Of a DNA stretch of 64,000 bases, positions 60,003 through 64,000 are shown piece after piece (within the stretch, counting starts at the first letter, position 1; each line of letters opens with the position of its first letter). Origin of the DNA: Thermotogota bacterium ADurb.Bin062 (lineage in GTDB: Bacteria > Thermotogota > Thermotogae > MWEM01). The notes beneath the pieces were generated by a model that was given only the letters and a program-made list of their open reading frames with translations, was not told the origin of the DNA and did no database searches. Where the stretch lies: the NCBI GenBank assembly GCA_002071085.1, contig MWEM01000010.1:2047-66046 (forward strand), written 5' to 3'. Made by a program: the position numbers and the translations under genes.

Positions 60003-63000
60003 TGGCTTACCTCCTCTTCCCCTGAATCCTCGTCTTTATCCGAGCGGAACCGGCAAATGCCGACGTATTCGCACTGCCAGCATCGAGCGGTCTTTCTAGA
60101 GAAATCCCCGCGTAACACCCCATCAATCGCTTCTCTTGCCGTCTTCACCACCTGGTCGCGGTCTTTGAAATGGACGCGGCGGTTTGTGGGGTCGTCAAAT
60201 AGGTTGGGCGATTCGCTATTCGAGACCAGGGCCTTTATTCCATCCTTGTTTGGCGCCCCTGGCTTCGATACGATCTGCAACAAGGAAACCGCGGAAACCT
60301 TTTGTTTCTCGAGGGTCTCCAATGCCCAAGCGTAGAGGAGCAGCTGTTCGACTCCCGCGGGTGCGATCGTGCGTTTGTAATCGATGATCACGGCGCTATC
60401 GTCTGGGAGGGTGTCCACACGGTCGATCTTCCCAATCAGGTAGATCGGTGATGCGTCTTTTTTATGATGAAACGGGGTGGCGGCGTTTTCCTTAAACGGG
60501 ACCTCGAACCGGGTGGGGACGAGCGCTTCCAATTCAGGAACACGTTTTCGAATTTTGCCCGTCAGCGACTCGAGCCGCTCGGGGTAACTTCGGGCAAACT
60601 GACCCAACACGTTCGAGAAATAGGCGTTTTCTGCGCGTTCCAACAGGGATGAGGGCGCGTACATTCTCGGCTCGATCTCGCTTTTCAGTATTCTTTCCAC
60701 ATCCATTCTAAAGGCTTCGGGATTGACCATTCGATTTCGAATCGCTTCGTCGGAAAACACCCTCTTCAACGTGTTGTGGAAGATCACGCCCTCCGTCAGG
60801 TAATCGAACCCGTAGAAGACTCGTAGAGGGCGATAGAGCTTTAGCATATACCGATAAAGGAATTTTCGCGGACACTCGAGTAGCGTCGTGTGTTTAGACG
60901 CGCTATAGGTCTTTCCGAAGAGCGACGAAAGCGTTTGCTCGTAGCGGCTTTGATCTATTGGCGTGGGCGCGCGTTCGGGTTGGGTTGGGCGCACTCTTTC
61001 CAAATCGATCCTCGCGCGTTTCAAGGTCGCGCGAACTTCCTGAGACGGCGTTCTTTCCGTTGCGATCGTTTCGATCGCGAACTGGCGCAACGAATAGGCG
61101 GAAGGCGCGCCAACGTCGGGATGCAGGAGGGAATCTCCAGGTTTTCCCGCGGTCTTCATCCGTTCTTTCCAGCGAAAAAAGGGCTTTAAAAACAGGGAAG
61201 GGAGATAGGTGTTCCCCGAGATGTCCGCCTTCGGGTAGGTGAACAGCACGAAGTCTTCGGTCGATCGGACGGCGTTCATAAAGTCTCGCCGCTCTTTCTT
61301 GACGATGGTATCGCGCATCGAACTGCTCGAGGGCGCGGCCGCGCCCGTTCCTCCCGTTTGCTCTTTTGGCCATTGGGCGCGTAGAAACACGGAACCGGAG
61401 GCGAGCAGCGGATAGTTTTGATCGGTCATCCCGACGAACACCTTAACCCGCTTCTCCCGAAACCGCGCATCCTCCAGGTTTGACAGGTACACCCGATTGT
61501 CGATCCGCACCGATTGGCGGTACCCGGAGAGATCGACGAACAGTTTCAGATACTTCCAGTATTGCCGTTGGGATACCGGTTTGGATCCATCTTCGGAGGG
61601 GTCGATCGTATAGAGAAAACGGTTCAGCTCCGGCAGGACCTCGTTCAGGAAGACCCGAGTCGCGTTCTGTTCTTCCTGAGTATCCGACAGCAGGCCCCTC
61701 TTCGAATAGTCATCGCTCAGCTTCTGAAAGTATAGAATATAGCCCTCTTTCGCCGTTGGGGCGTTTTTTGACTCGAAGAAGGAAAGCTTGGAGAACAACA
61801 TTCGAATCAATTCATTGGCGTATTTGAGCCGGTTGCGTTCCTCCTCAGCCTGTTGTAGGGCTTCCCCGTCGTCGTCGAGGGCGCCGGCGCTTCGCGCTTT
61901 CCGCTCCACCAATTTGGTGTATCGCGTCAACCGTTCGTTCCAATCCCTCTTTCTCCATTCCAAAGTGACGGGGGCATCATTGTAGAAGGCGTTGGAATAG
62001 GCGAGTTTCGCTCGCATCGCCAACGTTTCGAACTCCGGGAACGGTAGTGACTCCGGCAATTCCACGAATCCGGTCTCCAGAAGCGCTAACATCGAATCCG
62101 GAGAAAAACCGCCCGAAAAGGCGCGAAACGGAAGGAGAAGCTTGTTCACGTTTAGGCTGCGATTAAGGGGCAAATCGCCTTCAAATCGGAAGGGAACCCC
62201 GTTTTGCGAAAACCCTTCCTTTAAGAGGGGGAGGTACTTTCGCTCGTCCCTAACGACGATCCCGATGTCTTCCGGAACATATTTTTTTTCCTGAATCAAC
62301 TGCTTCACCCAGTTACACGCGTAGATCATTTCTTGATGGGGGTTTGAGCATTCCAGGATATCGAAAGGTGTCGCGGAAGAGGCCGAGCTCGAAGCGCTTA
62401 TGAGAGAAGGCGGTTTATCCAACAGGTTGAGCGTGTCCTTCAGGGAGCCAGACAGTTTGTCCTCGGCCCCTTCCGGCGAAATCGTTTCCCAGCGGTGGAA
62501 GGTTCTTAGATGGGACGGTTCCGTTTCGAAGGCATCGAAGGAAAGGTCCATCAAAGACCCATCCGGGTTCAACGGCGCGGAGAGGTAGACCTCTTCGAAA
62601 AAACAGAAGAAGGTGTAGAAGAACCGGCGCGTCTTCGGTGTCAGGTCGAAGAACCCATCCAGGAACAATTTACGATAGGGAACTTCTTGAGGTTGCACCG
62701 CCTTCTTCTCTATCAAATCCAAAACGCGGTAGTAGGCGTCCTCGACCGTGAACAGGCGCTTCTCGCGCAGCTGAGTGTCGATGATCCTGTACAGCCCCGC
62801 GAACTCTTTTAGAAGCGTGTCTTCGGTCTGTTCCATCTCGCCGAGCAGCGCGGACGCGTCATGGTCTTTCAGCCAAGAGTAGAATTGCAGGAACGCGTCG
62901 ATCATTCCTTGGCCTCTCTGCAGCAGCGGGTACAACCGATGCTCCTCCCGCACCTTCCCGGCGACGAAGCCGGCTAGGAAACTGCGATTGATGTAGAAGC

Positions 63001-63241
63001 CCCCGTCACCACGGTTGAGAAGGAACTGAACCACGTATTGATCTAACAAGAGAAAGCTGTCGTTGAAAAAATTCCCGACAAGCGCAAGGAAGCGTTCGCG
63101 TAAATTGCGGATGAAACTCCCTGAAGGCCCAAGCACCAGGTACGAGAAAGGATCTTCCCGATGGGCTTCGGCCACTCGATTCAAAATGTGTCGCGTTTTG
63201 CCCGAAGAGGGTATGCCTTTGACTATGACGATCTTGGCCAT
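59999..63241 (-). CDS. addB: AddB-type helicase-nuclease subunit B. The start is set at the ATG at 63241, and the track's 63508 start is a spurious extension.
   Basis: N-terminal Walker A KGIPSSGKT preceded by RBS AAAGGAGAA 8 nt upstream of ATG 63241. C-terminal ...IDYKRT... and Fe-S cysteine cluster CWQCEYVGICRF, typical of AddB/RexB. Confidence 0.75.
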   Translation of the reverse strand: MAKIVIVKGIPSSGKTRHILNRVAEAHREDPFSYLVLGPSGSFIRNLRERFLALVGNFFNDSFLLLDQYVVQFLLNRGDGGFYINRSFLAGFVAGKVREEHRLYPLLQRGQGMIDAFLQFYSWLKDHDASALLGEMEQTEDTLLKEFAGLYRIIDTQLREKRLFTVEDAYYRVLDLIEKKAVQPQEVPYRKLFLDGFFDLTPKTRRFFYTFFCFFEEVYLSAPLNPDGSLMDLSFDAFETEPSHLRTFHRWETISPEGAEDKLSGSLKDTLNLLDKPPSLISASSSASSATPFDILECSNPHQEMIYACNWVKQLIQEKKYVPEDIGIVVRDERKYLPLLKEGFSQNGVPFRFEGDLPLNRSLNVNKLLLPFRAFSGGFSPDSMLALLETGFVELPESLPFPEFETLAMRAKLAYSNAFYNDAPVTLEWRKRDWNERLTRYTKLVERKARSAGALDDDGEALQQAEEERNRLKYANELIRMLFSKLSFFESKNAPTAKEGYILYFQKLSDDYSKRGLLSDTQEEQNATRVFLNEVLPELNRFLYTIDPSEDGSKPVSQRQYWKYLKLFVDLSGYRQSVRIDNRVYLSNLEDARFREKRVKVFVGMTDQNYPLLASGSVFLRAQWPKEQTGGTGAAAPSSSSMRDTIVKKERRDFMNAVRSTEDFVLFTYPKADISGNTYLPSLFLKPFFRWKERMKTAGKPGDSLLHPDVGAPSAYSLRQFAIETIATERTPSQEVRATLKRARIDLERVRPTQPERAPTPIDQSRYEQTLSSLFGKTYSASKHTTLLECPRKFLYRYMLKLYRPLRVFYGFDYLTEGVIFHNTLKRVFSDEAIRNRMVNPEAFRMDVERILKSEIEPRMYAPSSLLERAENAYFSNVLGQFARSYPERLESLTGKIRKRVPELEALVPTRFEVPFKENAATPFHHKKDASPIYLIGKIDRVDTLPDDSAVIIDYKRTIAPAGVEQLLLYAWALETLEKQKVSAVSLLQIVSKPGAPNKDGIKALVSNSESPNLFDDPTNRRVHFKDRDQVVKTAREAIDGVLRGDFSRKTARCWQCEYVGICRFRSDKDEDSGEEEVSQ

Positions 63242-63351
63242 CCGAAGTTTTCTCCTTTGTTTTGTGTTTATCGAAAAACGCCGCTTTTTGTTAAGGAATC
63301 GGTCTTGAGTTTTCGTATCATTATACCATAGCCTACGGCCCACACAGGATG

Positions 63352-63378
63352 TTGACAAACGCGTGTTCATGGTATGAT
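63352..63378 (+). promoter_or_regulatory. Promoter of the alpha-amylase gene: -35 TTGACA and an extended -10 TGgTATGAT.
   Basis: TTGACA at 63352-63357, a 15-nt spacer, TGgTATGAT at 63370-63378, followed by RBS AAGGAGGGAGG and the ATG at 63411. Confidence 0.5.
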
Positions 63379-63410
63379 TCAGAGACGCGCAACAAAAAGG
63401 AGGGAGGAAG

Positions 63411-64000
63411 ATGTCGAGAGAAAAACGGAATATCTTGTTCGTAGTACTGTTCATGTGCGCTTTACTGACCCTTTTTGCCGAAAGGCTTCCCTGGGATGAC
63501 CAAATCATCTATTTCGTCATGATCGACCGGTTTTGGAACGGTGATCCCTTGAATGACGTGCAGACCCCGGACGGTGTCGAAGCCGGTGTGGAAAACTCAA
63601 AGTACAATGGCGGTGACTTGAAGGGACTGATCGAGCGATTAGACTATATCAAAGAGTTGGGAGCCACGGCTATCTGGATCACGCCGCCTGTGGCCAATCA
63701 GTGGTGGGATGGAAGCGTTCAGTACGGAGGGTATCACGGATACTGGGCGCGTAACTTCAAGGCGATCGACGAACACTTCGGGGACCTCGAGCTGTACCGG
63801 GACTTCATACAAGCGGCCCACGAAAAGAACATCCGCGTGATACAGGACATCGTGGTCAACCATGTCGGGAATTACCTCATATACGACCCCGTCACTCTTA
63901 TGGGTTCTGTAAACGAGCAGAGCATTCCGACGAAAAAGCCCACACAGTACCCGTTTGATCAAAACGACTACTACGACCCGGCGCAAAGCGCGTTGAACAT
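63411..64000 (+). CDS. Secreted GH13 alpha-amylase-family protein, 5' part (it continues past the window end). Absent from the ORF track.
   Basis: Signal peptide MSREKRNILFVVLFMCALLTLFA, followed by GH13 N-terminal regions DQIIYFVMIDRFWNGDP, YNGGDLKGLIERLDYIKELGATAIWITPP, GYHGYW and IRVIQDIVVNHVGN. RBS AAGGAGGGAGG upstream. Consensus-like promoter upstream. Confidence 0.8.
   Translation, partial: MSREKRNILFVVLFMCALLTLFAERLPWDDQIIYFVMIDRFWNGDPLNDVQTPDGVEAGVENSKYNGGDLKGLIERLDYIKELGATAIWITPPVANQWWDGSVQYGGYHGYWARNFKAIDEHFGDLELYRDFIQAAHEKNIRVIQDIVVNHVGNYLIYDPVTLMGSVNEQSIPTKKPTQYPFDQNDYYDPAQSALN

Noticed and set aside
63242-63508. N-terminal 89-codon extension of addB
   Set aside because: No RBS at 63508. 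A strong RBS and the Walker-A-containing N-terminus begin at ATG 63241. The extension overlaps the divergent amylase promoter.

Overview
The window is a high-GC bacterial chromosomal segment in two parts. The features below are manual calls made by reading the sequence, guided by the supplied ORF track, whose start codons I moved where an RBS or paralog argued for it. The supplied ORF track omits genes that run off either window edge, so I translated those by hand.

Part 1, positions 1-23484, is a single minus-strand operon of tightly coupled or overlapping defence-type genes. In transcription order it encodes:
- a 1182-aa protein of unknown function;
- a 1598-aa DEAD/DEAH helicase with a C-terminal DUF1998 zinc ribbon (DruE/DrmA-DrmB-like);
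- a tail-anchored coiled-coil protein built from near-identical tandem repeats;
- a SNF2 (DrmD-like) helicase, broken by a frameshift at a T5 homopolymer;
- a 1562-aa gamma-class N6-adenine methyltransferase (PglX/DrmMI-like);
- a second giant DEAD/DEAH-DUF1998 helicase of more than 1831 aa, which runs off the window start and carries a Vsr/DUF559-like tail.

The last three genes follow the DISARM class-1 order (drmD-drmMI-drmA-drmB-nuclease), but with DrmA and DrmB fused and a Vsr-like domain where DrmC (PLD) would be. A second DUF1998 helicase with a large unknown partner sits upstream in a Druantia-III-like arrangement. I read the whole as a composite, previously undescribed DISARM/Druantia-like island.

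Part 2, positions 23.5-64 kb, is ordinary housekeeping and accessory genes (two paralogous archaeal-type AAA ATPases, HtpX, NrnA-like DHH, a hybrid histidine kinase / GGDEF / HD / IadA operon, a DinG-like nuclease-helicase, an FGE-family protein, a thioredoxin-like protein, a nitroreductase, a Gp49/HigB-HTH toxin-antitoxin pair, PadR-DUF2812, GNAT, RtcB, an LD-carboxypeptidase, AsnA, NagA, an MCP, a Dam-like methyltransferase, AddB-AddA and a partial alpha-amylase). Almost every intergenic gap there holds clusters of small palindromic repeat modules. Two clusters form complete MITE-like elements with about 22-bp terminal inverted repeats, and one cluster has truncated an ATPase paralog. No tRNA, rRNA or CRISPR arrays were seen.
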